64,000 bases of DNA. Origin: Octopus sinensis. Lineage: Eukaryota. The stretch spans positions 178,870,001 through 178,934,000 of the forward strand of contig NC_042998.1 in the NCBI RefSeq assembly GCF_006345805.1, in the 5' to 3' direction. The notes beneath the pieces were generated by a model that did no database searches, was not told the origin of the DNA, and saw nothing but the letters and a program-made list of their open reading frames with translations. The stretch's first letter is position 1; every line of letters starts with the position of its first letter. Position numbers and translations under genes: made by a program. Of this stretch, positions 1 to 11,199 are shown in pieces.

Positions 1-293
1 CATTTATTTAGTTTTTCTTTACTTTATCCCTCCTCTTTCTATAGGCTACCTTTCACGTTATATCCTATAACGTTTTTTTTAAAAACAAACTCAATAGCGT
101 TCAGTTAATCACTATACATATCCATCATTTTCTGTTAAAATGTCTTATTGATGAGTTTCATTTCTTCATTTACTTGAAGAGAAGATTACATTGTTTTACG
201 CCATTTTATTCCTTTGGAATAATACCAGTGATATCTTCGAAACATGTGTCGGAAGTAAAAGAATTTGAATAACACCTGAATTTAACTACTTTG

Positions 294-326
<33 letters not shown>

Positions 327-480
327 ATATTATATATATATATTATATATATATATATAATATATATATTATATATATATATATCTAGGTGGGGGAGAAT
401 TCACAAAAAACAAAAGACGAAGACAGATGGTGTAGACAACAAACAAATGTATTAGTTTAACGCTCGGGAAGTGAAAACAT

Positions 481-516
481 CTTTAACTTTTCGAGACTAC
501 GCTCTTCTACAGAAAG
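481..516 (-). ncRNA. Degenerate minimal type I hammerhead ribozyme motif (family A)
   Basis: Minus strand CUUU-CUGUAGA-AGAGCGUAGUCUC-GAAAA-GUU-AAAG; carries mismatches relative to the copies at 2319 and 50649. Confidence 0.45.
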
Positions 517-998
517 GAACACAGAAAGAAAGAAGGAGAGAAAATAAACAATGAGTAGTGTCTAGCGATCTATCATGGCCAATGCTGGACAGAAGGGCCA
601 CACAGGAGAGCTAGGAAGAAGGAGAGATAATAAAGTAGTGGTGATCCGAAAACAAAGGTGCGCGCGTGTGTGTGTAGGTGTGAAGATGTGCGGCTGGGAA
701 GTGGTCAGAAAGTAAGGGTGGGATGTGGGTTAGGCTGAGGGTGGAGTAGAGGTGGAGTATGTGGGTAGGCAGAGAGTTGGGTAGAGGTGGTGTATGTGGG
801 AGTGGGTGGGGTGGGATGGGCAGGATAGGGAAGGTGGGGTTGGATTGTGTAGGGATGGGGTGGGGTTACGAGGGAGGGTGTGACGATGAAGTGGAAGGAG
901 AAGGTGGGTAGAAGTGAAGAGAAGTAGGAGTCGGAGCAAAAGAGGAGAGGTGGGTGGGATGAAGTAGGTGTGAGGGAGAGAGAGGCGAGAGTAGAAGG

Positions 999-1645
999 TT
1001 AGATGAAGAGAGGAGGAGAGTTGAGCCCATGTGGCCAAAGGAGCGAAGAGAGAAGATTAATCCCTGTTCACAGCGCAAACGGAAGTCAGGATGGCCACTG
1101 TGCAAGCTCAATCCAAACACGGACAAGTGTTGCAAAGAGTGACCAGTAGAGCAGAAATGGCGCGAGACCGGGGTGTCATTGCCGAGTCGGACGTCTCGGA
1201 GGTGTTCTGCGAACCGGTCAGTCAAGCGGCGTCCCGTTTGCCCGATGTATAGAGAAGGGCAGAGAGAGCAGGAGATGCAGTAGATGACATTGGTAGAAGT
1301 GCAAGTGAAGGAGTGGGTGACGTGATAGGGTCGATGATGGGTGCCGGTGAGGAGGGTGGTGAGGTAAGGGCAAGTACGGCTGCGTGGGCGGGAGCAGAGG
1401 AACGAGCTGGGTTGGGAAGTTGGGTTAAGGAAGAAGCTGTGGCCTAAGAGGTCTCGTAGGTTGTGGGTTCGTTTGAAGGAAGGGAGGGGTCGGTTAGGGA
1501 AGATGTGCGAAGTGGAGGGGTCGGACTGGAGTCGCCAGAAAGCTCGGAGAATGGTGCGTTGGAAATGTAGGGTGGTGAGGTGGTAGGTGAGGGGAAACGG
1601 GAGGTGGGAGACAGCGGGGCGTCTGAGTTCGGATTGTCTTTGCAC
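999..1645 (-). pseudogene. PLE GIY-YIG endonuclease C-terminal fragment (5'-truncated, 1-nt deletion near C-terminus)
   Basis: VIY..YIGQT..RF.EH motifs. The inverted copy at 1672+ reads SFAPHALN, implying the true end is ...APHGLNSPPLFI* at about 999 and the ORF-track tail is frameshifted. Confidence 0.85.
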
Positions 1646-1671
1646 AGGGGCTATCCGGACTCACGTCTTCA

Positions 1672-2445
1672 CGTGAGTAGGGATTAGTCTTCTCTCTTCG
1701 CTCCTTTGCGCCACATGCACTCAACTCTCCTCTCCTCTTCATCTAGCCCTCCTCCTCTCTCCTCTCTTCCTCTCACACCCACCTCTCCTCTCTTGCTCTG
1801 ACACCTACTTCCTCCCTTCACTCCCACCCACCTTCTCCCATCATCGTTACCTCCCCCCTCATTACCCCACCCCTACACATTCCAACCACACCATCCCTAT
1901 ACATCCCATCCCACCCCCACCTTAGACGCCACCCTTGCTTCTCCCACCCTCGCCTCTCCTACACACTAACACCACCACACCACCATACCGCACATCACCA
2001 TACTACACCACATTACGCCACCCCGCACACACTAGCACTGACCACTTCCCAGCACCCACAGTAACACTGACCACTTCCCAGTACCTACACCATCATCTAC
2101 ATATCCACACATGCACACACGTCAAGGTCACTAGCCCCCTTCCACACGCACATACACGTTCTCACATACACACGCACCTTCATTTTGGGATCACCACTAT
2201 TTTATTATCTCGCCTTCTTCCTAGCTCTCTTGTGTGATCCCTCTGTCCGGCATTCGCCATGACAGATCGCTAGCCACTAAACCTTTTCTATTTTATCTCC
2301 GTTTATTTCCTCATGTTCCTTTCTGTCGAAGAGCGTAGGCTCGAAACGTAAAAGACTTTATCACTTCCCGAGCGTTAAACTAATACATCTATTCGTTGTT
2401 TACACACACGCCTTGGTTTTTTTGTTTTTGTAAATTCTCACTACA
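1672..2445 (+). mobile_element. Inverted partial copy of the PLE 3' end (pseudo-LTR-like)
   Basis: 1672-1745 is the near reverse complement of about 1000-1072; the C/A-rich UTR and terminal motif mirror 400-1000; ends at (CA)n/(TA)n. Confidence 0.85.
2319..2354 (+). ncRNA. Minimal type I hammerhead-like ribozyme, non-canonical CUGUCGA core (family A)
   Basis: CUUU/AAAG stem I; GAGC-GUAG-GCUC stem II; GAAAC; palindromic ACGU stem III; GUA cleavage triplet. Confidence 0.65.
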
Positions 2446-2462
2446 CACACACACACACACAG

Positions 2463-2555
<93 letters not shown>

Positions 2556-2559
2556 GGTG

Positions 2560-3625
2560 GTTGTCTACTCCTTATGCAGAGTTTGACCACCTCCTGTATC
2601 TACACCTTAGCACCATCATGGCATCTGATGTGGCTTTTTAAACCAGATAATGTTCCGAAAAGACACCCACATAGATTGCACATCCGATTTGGACCACCAA
2701 GAGCTGCAGATAAGTTCTGATCTTTGCAGATTTTAAAATGTCTTTTGAAGCTTCCGTTAGATTTGCAAACCTTCTGGCACACACTGCATTCAAAGTATGC
2801 ACAGACATAAAGGCAGAATAGTTGATGGATGGTCGTTTTCCATGGGTTCGCAAATGAGATTTGAGCCCAGCAAAAGACAGACTGTGACAGACTGTGCACA
2901 CAAAAATGTCATTGTCATTCACTTTCACGATCGGAACATTTTTCTTTAGATCTCTTTTGAGTCTTACATGCGTTATCCTGGCCTCTTCAAATGCTTTCAC
3001 TCCGCTCCACACTTTTGTCCGCCATCCAACTCGATCTGAAGCAAAAGTTTCTATGTCTTCTGGATCCATTCCAAGTGACTTCATAATAGTCTTTATGCTG
3101 TCATTAAACTTTTCTTTAGGTTTACAATGATAGTGTTTTCCCTCTGCAAGCTCACCATAAAACAGTTGTTTCGGTATGTGTTCATCCGCCATTCGAACAT
3201 TCTGGCCACACCATCTCGTTTGGTTCCTCAAAATCATAGCTTTAATTGGGGTGATGCCTGCAGATGCAAGGATATCTGTGTTTGGAGTAAAAGAACTCCA
3301 TTAGATGTTTTAAATGCGATGAAGGCATTTTTGGTGGAATTGTTCTAACAATTTAAAATGCCTTTCATAACAAGTCCATGTTTCACAAGAATACAACAGG
3401 GATGGTAAGACAAATGATTTGTAAAGAGCCAGCTTGTATTCTTATTTCTATGTCGTTGGCACCAAACGTGTGACTCCAAGCTGCCAAATGCCTTTGCTGC
3501 CCTTCGAATTCGCAGATTTATTTCTGCATCAAGATTTCCATCATTCTGTAAAGAACTTCCAAGGTAGATGAACGAATCGACAACCTCAAATAAATTACCC
3601 CTAACAAAAATGTCAGGTCGCTCTT
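2560..3625 (-). mobile_element. RTE-clade (BovB-like) LINE 3' fragment with C-terminal zinc fingers
   Basis: EVVDSFIYLGS, RWCGQNVRM..PKQLFYGEL..G, DRVGWR motifs; three CxxC..H motifs at 2600-2900; frameshifted. Confidence 0.85.
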
Positions 3626-3897
3626 GAGTACTTTCTGTTTGTTTTTTTCGTTGTTCGAAAAAAGTTCGTTTCTATGTTTTTGTTTTTGTTTTCGTTTCTC
3701 ATTGTATTCAACGTCTTTTTGATGTCCTGTACCCATATATGAATGTATACATAAATATATATGTAGGTATGGACATATATGTATGTATATATGCATATAT
3801 TTATGTATTATTCATATTATTATATGATCGAACCCCACGCATCCTTTTCCAAGTAAGTATACACACACACGCGCGCACACACGCACACACACACACA

Positions 3898-3956
<59 letters not shown>

Positions 3957-3999
3957 CGTACATATATATATATATATATACATATACATACATATATAC

Positions 4000-4074
<75 letters not shown>

Positions 4075-4108
4075 CTAGCTGAAGGTGACCCGCTCTACGC
4101 GCGGGTAA
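4075..4108 (-). mobile_element. Helitron 3'-terminal stub
   Basis: ACCCGC/GCGGGT hairpin followed on the minus strand by CTAG|T inside (TA)n. Confidence 0.5.
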
Positions 4109-4109
4109 G

Positions 4110-4456
4110 AGTGTGGTTGTTACTTTCTGTTGCTTCCTTTCAGCACGTAAAAAGCACCATCCGAACGTGGCGGATTGCAGCGCCGCCTTGACTGGCTTCT
4201 GTGCTGGTGGCACGTAAAAAGCACCAACCGATCGTGGCCGTTGCCAGCCCCCCTGGCACCTGTGCCGGCGGCACGAAAAAAGCACCCACTACGCTCACAG
4301 AGTGGTTGGCGTTAGGAAGGGCATCCACCTGTAGAAACACTGCCAGATCAGACTGGAGCCTGGTGCAGCCTCCTGGCTTCCCAGACCCCGGTCAAACTGT
4401 CCAACCCGTGCTAGCACGGAAAACGGACGTTAAACGATGATGATGATGATGATGAT
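4110..4456 (+). mobile_element. RTE LINE 3'UTR remnant with (GAT)n tail
   Basis: Matches the 3' end of the RTE element at 8075-10172 (gttggcgttaggaagggcatcc...gttaaacgatgatgat). Confidence 0.9.
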
Positions 4457-6269
4457 TCTCCCTCTTTGTTTCACTCTCCTTTCTCTCTCACTTTCCCCAC
4501 TCTCTCGGACTCTCCCTCGCTTTCTCTTACTCTCTATCTTTATCTATCTCTCTCCCATTTATAAACAACAAAAGATCTTGAGTAAGTTGAGAAATAAAAT
4601 ATTTAGAAAGATCAATCATAGATATCAGGCAGTAACAACGGAAAGGTCTGCTTCAAGGCAAACAGCAAAACACTAACATTTAAAAGGGACAGACGAACTT
4701 GCGAGCTGAATAAAAATAATAAAATATTGGAGACCAAAGTTTGAAGGGATAGAATCTGAGGGTAGTAGAGTCAGCATGGCTGGCATTTCTTAACGACGGA
4801 CAGCAACGTTTTGACAGTTTAACGGCTGGCGTAAAATTTTGAACTTGATGTAAAAGAAAATCCCTAAACACCAAGTTTTGAAGTGATTCTTTTTCACGAC
4901 AGTAGACTCACCATGGCAAGCATTCAAAACTTCTTCATCGTGGACGGCAACCCATTGACGATTAAAAGGCTGGTGCAAATTTTTTAGCTTGATGTAACAG
5001 AGAATTCCTAAACACCCGCTCCTTTAAATTTTAATCCCCTTCCAGCCCCATTTAGACCCCTTTTCACATTTTGGTTAATATAACCCGATTTCATTCGGGT
5101 GTACTGGGGCCACATTTTATAAGATGAGGAATTTTGTCCTAGAGGTGACGCCTTTCATTTGAGGAAAAAAATAGTTGTCATGCAAACTTGCCAGCACTTT
5201 TAACATAGGTCTGCATCTATGTATGTATGTGTGTGTATGTATGTGTATGTATGTGTGTGTATGTGTGTGTATGTATGTGTGTGTGTATGTATGTATTTCC
5301 ATTGAGCCAACCTCATTATTTTCTACATAGCAGACCGTTACATAAACAGGCAAAGGTACATACATACACACTCACACATTCATACACACATACACACACG
5401 CATACATACACATACATACACACACATACATAGATACATACACACACACATACATGCATACATACATATACACATACATGCATACACACGCACGCACTAC
5501 AAAAACCGAGTTAAAAATTTCAGTTATCTCTCTCTTTCACACTGACAGATACATAAAAGAAGGCCGTTTGTATGAAATAGAGTGAGTATTGTGTGTTGGT
5601 GGTGGTGGTGGCGATGATAATTATCATTAGGAAAAAGAGTGAGTGAGTGAGGAAGACATATACATAAGTTTTGGCGATGATAATTCTCCCTATGAATGCA
5701 GACAGATACATCAAAGAACACCGTCTGACGAACTTTACATGAAATATCGGGAGTGGCATTGTCAAAGTTATAATGAAGGGGAGTGAGAGGGTAATGGAGG
5801 AAATAGCGTGAGTGAGGAAGATGGCCCCTAGCAACCACACCTGTTTTTTGTTTTTTTGAGCAATGATGGGTTTATGGGTTTTAATTTCCAAATTTACATT
5901 AAATCTGAGTTTTAAAGTTAGTTTTGGCTGCAAACTTATCTTTTAAAGAGAATTTTGAGTCATACTCTTTGTATGCAATATGTACGAAAGTTGCACTTCT
6001 AATATTTTGTAAACTTTCTATTTATCATCCATAATCATCTCATGTATTGAATTTATCGATACAAATATTGTATGTGACGTAATTATCGATCGTACACGTT
6101 CATTATTTGTTTATGCTTGTATCATACTGAGCAACTACAAGTTACAACGAGTTAGTGGCCGCTTGTACAGTTGATAGCTTGACTGTGTTGATGGTGTACG
6201 CTTCGATTGTTACTCGCGATTTTAAAAAATAACATTTTGAGCGAGCGTTTTTGTTTTGTAACCCTTTGC

Positions 6270-7830
6270 GATGTAATGGCAGACAATAGTGTGTCGAAAA
6301 AGAGAAAGTCGTACGCCCAAAATTTCAAGAAGTCGTGGTTGAAAGATGTTGAGCTTAAACATTGGTTACGGCAAGATGATAAAGATCCTGACACCTGCCA
6401 CTGTGTTTGTTGCACCGTTGTGTTGAAAAATGCTAACAAATCAATGCTGTTAGCTCATAAAAAACACTGCCAAACACAAGAAAGTTTTTGATTGTGCGAA
6501 ATCTGCTATTATTTTAGAAACATTTATTTAAAAAAAAAAGATTATACATTAAATGAAAAAGTAACTAAGGCAGACTTGCTCCTAACAGGTTATGTTGCAG
6601 AACATCACGTACCTTTCATCCATATAAATCACTTAGCTGAAATTTGTAAAAAGCCCTTTCCTGTTAGAGAAATAGTTAAAAATCTACAAATGAAAAAAGA
6701 AGCAAAAGTATTATGCAAGACAGAATTGCACATTATGAAAGAAATGAAATCTTGGAAATTCTCAAGAAACAAAAGTTTTCATTATTGATAGATGAGAGTA
6801 CGGCCATCTCAGTGACACAAATCTTAGCAATAGTTGTTCGCTTCTTTGATGAACAATTACATAGTGTCAAGGATGCTCTTCTGGATGCAATAGTAGTAGA
6901 AAATGGTTCTTATCAGGGTTTGTACGATGCTGTCAAGTCTACGCTTACAAAAGAAAATGTATCTATGAGCAACATACTTGGATTTGCCAGCGATAATTCC
7001 TCAACAATGATGGGTAACAAGAGCGGGTTTCATAAGTTATTGGGAAATGATATTCCGATTGTATTTACAATAGGCTGTGTTTGCCATTCGTTTGCACTTT
7101 GTTCAAGTCATGCAGTGAAGGTGTTACTTTTGTATCTCGATTCCTTTTTAAAGGACTTAACTTCTTGCTTCTCTCGAAGTACCAAACGTCAAAATGACTT
7201 CAATATGATACAAAGTGTTGTTGGCACAAAAGAAAACAAGATTCCAAAGCTTTCGCAAATAGATGGTTGGTGCCTAAAAATGTAATTAACGTTATGATAG
7301 AACAGTGGGATGCCCTTGTACTTTATTTTCAGTCAGAGACAAAAGCAGAAAAAATGGCCGGCGCAAAGAGGAACTCTGAAACAATGATTAACAGAGAGAC
7401 GAAACACATGCTGCTCTTCTTACATTATATATTAAAGAAAGTAAATGCTCTTAATGTCGAGTTTCAATCGGAACATTTTCGACTGCATCTGTTCACTCGT
7501 ATCCAGTGAATATAAAAGTATCCTTAGTTGCTTTATAAAAGACGATGCTTTAGCTGTATCTAAATTATCAGATATTGATATTAATAACACAACAAATCAG
7601 AAAGATATGAGTGATAATTACCTCAGTGGACGCGCAATGAGATATCAAGAACAAAACCCCATCGTTGGTGACTCATCTAAGTTCAAAACTGACTGCAACA
7701 ATTTTTTAATAGAATTATGCTCTCAAACAAAACTGTGCTTTCTTCTCGATGAAGCTGAAGTGTTTTCCCTCTTAGAAATACTTGAGCCAAAAGTAGCTGA
7801 CTGCTGCAAAAGAGAGTATATCCACTGACA
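6270..7830 (+). pseudogene. Frameshifted hAT-superfamily transposase
   Basis: N-terminal W..W..C.CC zinc-finger-like segment; FSLLIDEST (first D); FASDNSSTMMG (second D); GCVCHSFAL (CxxH); split over four or five ORFs; C-terminal dimerisation domain not seen. Confidence 0.9.
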
Positions 7831-8074
7831 GCTTTTCAGTGCATTCAAAAACTACATAACCCCCGCCGCCAATTTTCCATGACAGGTTAGGGTCTGAAAT
7901 ATTCCAAACAGATGCATAGTATGTTGCTTAGTAGAATTAGCCAAAATTAAAAGCAGTAATTTTAATTTATATTTCAAACAAACAGTAAATTTGCATATTA
8001 CTTCATATTTTTAAAAAACTACCATTCGATAAATTATACAAATTTCATATTTTATATGAAGAGCAGAATGTTGT

Positions 8075-10172
8075 CTGTGGTTAGAATCATGATGTGGTAG
8101 GAGAGAAATGTGTTCACATGGATGATGGTTCACTTGCTCTAAATGAGGATGCAAAGAGAGAGGTTTGGAGACGCCACTATGAAAGGTTGCTGAGTGAAGA
8201 AAATGAATGGGATAAAGAGAGTCTGCCAAATGTCGACCCAATAGAGGGACCAGCTATCCGAGTTGACAGTTCCTTGGTAGTTAAGGCAATTAGAAGCATG
8301 AAGACAGGCCCATCAGAAATCACTGCAGAGATGCTCAAAATATCTGGTAGTGTCGGCTATAGCCTTGTCACCCGTATAGTTAATCAGGTGATACACGAAA
8401 GAGTCATACCCAATGACTGGTGTAGCAGCATAATAGTCAACTGCTACAAAGGTAAAGGTGACGCCCTAGATACAAATAATTACAGAAGTAATAAGCTGTT
8501 GGATCAGGTAATGAAGGTTACGGAGAGGGTCATAGCCCAACTAATTACAGAGAGAGTTAGTTTAAATGATATGCAGTTTGGGTTCGTGCCAGGGAAAAGT
8601 ACCACTGATGCTATATTTCTGGTAAGGCAGCTGCAGGAGAAATACCAAGCCAAAGATAAGCCCCTGTACCTGGCTTTTGTTGACATGGAGAAAGCCTTCG
8701 ACAGGATCCCCCGATCCCTTATCTGGTGGTCAATGAGGAAACTAGGGATAGATGAATGGTTAGTGAGAGCTGTACAAGCCATGTACAGGGACGCCGCTAG
8801 TAAGGTGAGGGTTGGCAACGAGTACAGTGAAGAATTCTGGGTAGAGGTAGGGGTCCACCAAGGCTCAGTCCTCAGCCCCCTCCTATTTATCATAGTCCTC
8901 CAGGCAATAACGGAGGAATTCAAGACAGGATGCCTCTGGGAGCTCCTCTATGCTGATGACCTTGCTCTAATTGCTGAGTCACTATCAGAACTGGAGGAGA
9001 AGTTTCAGGTGTGGAAGCAAGGATTAGAATCGAAGGGCCTTAGAGTCAATCTAGCTAAAACCAAAGTCGTAATAAGTAGGAAGGTAGACAAATCACAAAC
9101 GCCTTCAGGTAGATGGCCCTGCTCGATCTGTAGAAAAGGTGTAGGTAGAAACTCTATAAGATGCACCAAGTGTAAGCTATGGACACATAAGAGGTGCAGC
9201 AATGTCAAAGGAAGGCTAACTAGGAAGATAGTTTTTGTATGTGGCAGATGCTCAGGAGCAATAAACACTGAAAATGCTCTGAGACCAACTTCTGCCACAT
9301 TCCAGGGAGAAAAACTAGAAATAGTTGATAGCTTCCGTTAACTAGGTGACCAAGTCAGTAGCGGGGCCGGGTGTGCTGAAAGTGTAACTGCTAGAGTAAG
9401 AATAGCTTGGTCAAAGTTCAGAGAGCTCTTACCTCTGCTGGTGACAAAAGGCCTCTCGCTCAGAGTAAAAGGCAGACTGTATGACACGTGTGTACGAACA
9501 GCCATGCTACATGGCAGTGAAACATGGGCCGTGACTGCTGAGGATATGCGTAAGCTCGCAAGAAATAAAACCAGTATGCTCCGATGGATGTGTAATGTCA
9601 GTGTTCATACTCGACAGAGTGTAAGTACCTTGAGAGAAAAGTTGGACCTAAGAAGCATCAGTTGTGGTGTGCAAGAGAGACGTTTGCGCTGGTATGGTCA
9701 TGTGGCAAGAATGGATGAAGATAGTTGTGTGAAAAAGTGCCACACCCTAGCGGTTTGTGTCTTGGGACACAAACCTCTACTTGTGAAGACTTGTTGAGGC
9801 CAGTGGAAATCGAAATCGATCAACATCAATGGAAATTGCAGCTGTGATACCAGTGCCGGTGGTACATAAGAGAACCATCTAAACGTGGCTGTTGCCAGCG
9901 CCGCCCCGACTGGCCTCATGCCGGTGGCACGTAAAAAGCACCATCCGATTGTGGCCATTGCCAGCCTCGCCTGGTACCTGTGCCGGTGGCATGTAAAAAG
10001 CACCCACTACACTCACGGATTGGTTAGCGTTAGGAAGGGCATCCAGCCATAGAAACATTGCCAGATCAGACTGGGCCTGGTGCAGCCTTCTGGCTTCCCA
10101 GACCCCAGTTGAACCGTCCAACCCATGCTAGCATGGAAAGCGGATGCTAAACGATGATGATGATGATGATGA
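8075..10172 (+). mobile_element. 5'-truncated RTE-clade LINE (RT, PHD finger, C-terminal domain, 3'UTR, (GAT)n tail)
   Basis: ORF 8094-9341 with QFGF, FVDMEKAFD, HQGSVLSPLLF, LLYADDL; in-frame continuation after a TAA at 9339 (RLRWYGHVARM); tail gatgatgat at about 10153-10171. Confidence 0.95.
8094..9341 (+). CDS. RTE reverse transcriptase (partial, premature stop) with embedded PHD-type finger
   Basis: RT motifs including YADD; CSIC..CTKC..H..C..CGRC at 9120-9251. Confidence 0.9.
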   Translation: MVGEKCVHMDDGSLALNEDAKREVWRRHYERLLSEENEWDKESLPNVDPIEGPAIRVDSSLVVKAIRSMKTGPSEITAEMLKISGSVGYSLVTRIVNQVIHERVIPNDWCSSIIVNCYKGKGDALDTNNYRSNKLLDQVMKVTERVIAQLITERVSLNDMQFGFVPGKSTTDAIFLVRQLQEKYQAKDKPLYLAFVDMEKAFDRIPRSLIWWSMRKLGIDEWLVRAVQAMYRDAASKVRVGNEYSEEFWVEVGVHQGSVLSPLLFIIVLQAITEEFKTGCLWELLYADDLALIAESLSELEEKFQVWKQGLESKGLRVNLAKTKVVISRKVDKSQTPSGRWPCSICRKGVGRNSIRCTKCKLWTHKRCSNVKGRLTRKIVFVCGRCSGAINTENALRPTSATFQGEKLEIVDSFR

Positions 10173-10572
10173 ACTGCTTATCAATATAGATTTCCATTAT
10201 AGGGACAGCACTTCTGCGAAACGATTGTAAGATGCTTTAAAAACTTAATTCAAAACTTTTAAACTACCATACTTATTATTATATATTTATACTTATATAT
10301 ATTTATATATATATTTATATTTTTAATACAACTATCATTTTACACACGTTTATATCTTTCTGAAGAATATTCTAATATTGATTTCCTGATATTAATAATA
10401 ATATATTATATAATAATAATTAATGATAATATATTATATTAATAATATTAATAATAATATATTATATAAAATATACATACATATATATATTCATACATGC
10501 ATATATATATATACATACATTTATATATTCATACATGCATATATATATATACATACATTTATATACATATAC

Positions 10573-10613
<41 letters not shown>

Positions 10614-10977
10614 CTAGCAGTATCGCCCGGCGTTGCTCAGGTTTGTAAGGGAAATAACTATAAAGCATTTTTAGAGAGTTACAGCCAAAAAATAGCAAAA
10701 AAATGGGAAAAAATGATGGCAAATTTTTTTGAGAGTTAAAAAGGTGGAGTTGCGTCCCCTAGACGGTCTGTGGTTTGGGTCTCTGATTCTCGACCCCATG
10801 TCGAATTTATCGATTTTTTTCAGAACTGGGGGAACTTTTCAAAATTTTCGCTGCGTTAGTTTTGAATTATGACATTGGGCTATGTGTGTGTCAAGTTTCA
10901 TCAGAATCGGTTGAAAGCCGTGGTCAGGGTGAGGGTACGAGAAAACAGACACACAGAAAACGCACAGACAAACTGCC

Positions 10978-10982
<5 letters not shown>
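10614..10982 (-). mobile_element. Non-autonomous Helitron (variant 5' half)
   Basis: Minus-strand 3' end hairpin plus CTAG|T; the 3' part (about 120 bp) is shared with copies at 34365, 55251 and 57099. Confidence 0.8.
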
Positions 10983-11058
<76 letters not shown>

Positions 11059-11199
11059 CATATACACACACACACACACGCATATATATATATATATATA
11101 TATATGTTTTGTACGTATGTATATGTATGTGTGAGTGGGTATATGTATATCTTGTGGGTGGGTGTTATACGTGTGTGTATTTGTGTGTGAATGTATGAA

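Larger units (their letters stand above)
387..1665 (-). mobile_element. Penelope-like element (PLE), 3' fragment: GIY-YIG endonuclease, low-complexity 3'UTR, hammerhead-bearing terminus
   Basis: ORF 866-1645 contains FTCTSTNVIYCISCSLCPSLYIGQTGRRLTDRFAEHLRDV (GIY-YIG). The terminus at 400-575 is homologous to 2260-2445 (inverted) and to 50565-50760, and abuts (TA)n. Confidence 0.9.

Noticed and set aside
206-254. Hammerhead-like TTCC...GAAAC-ATGT-GTC-GGAA
   Set aside because: The core reads CUUUGGA and stem II is disrupted; at best a dead relic.
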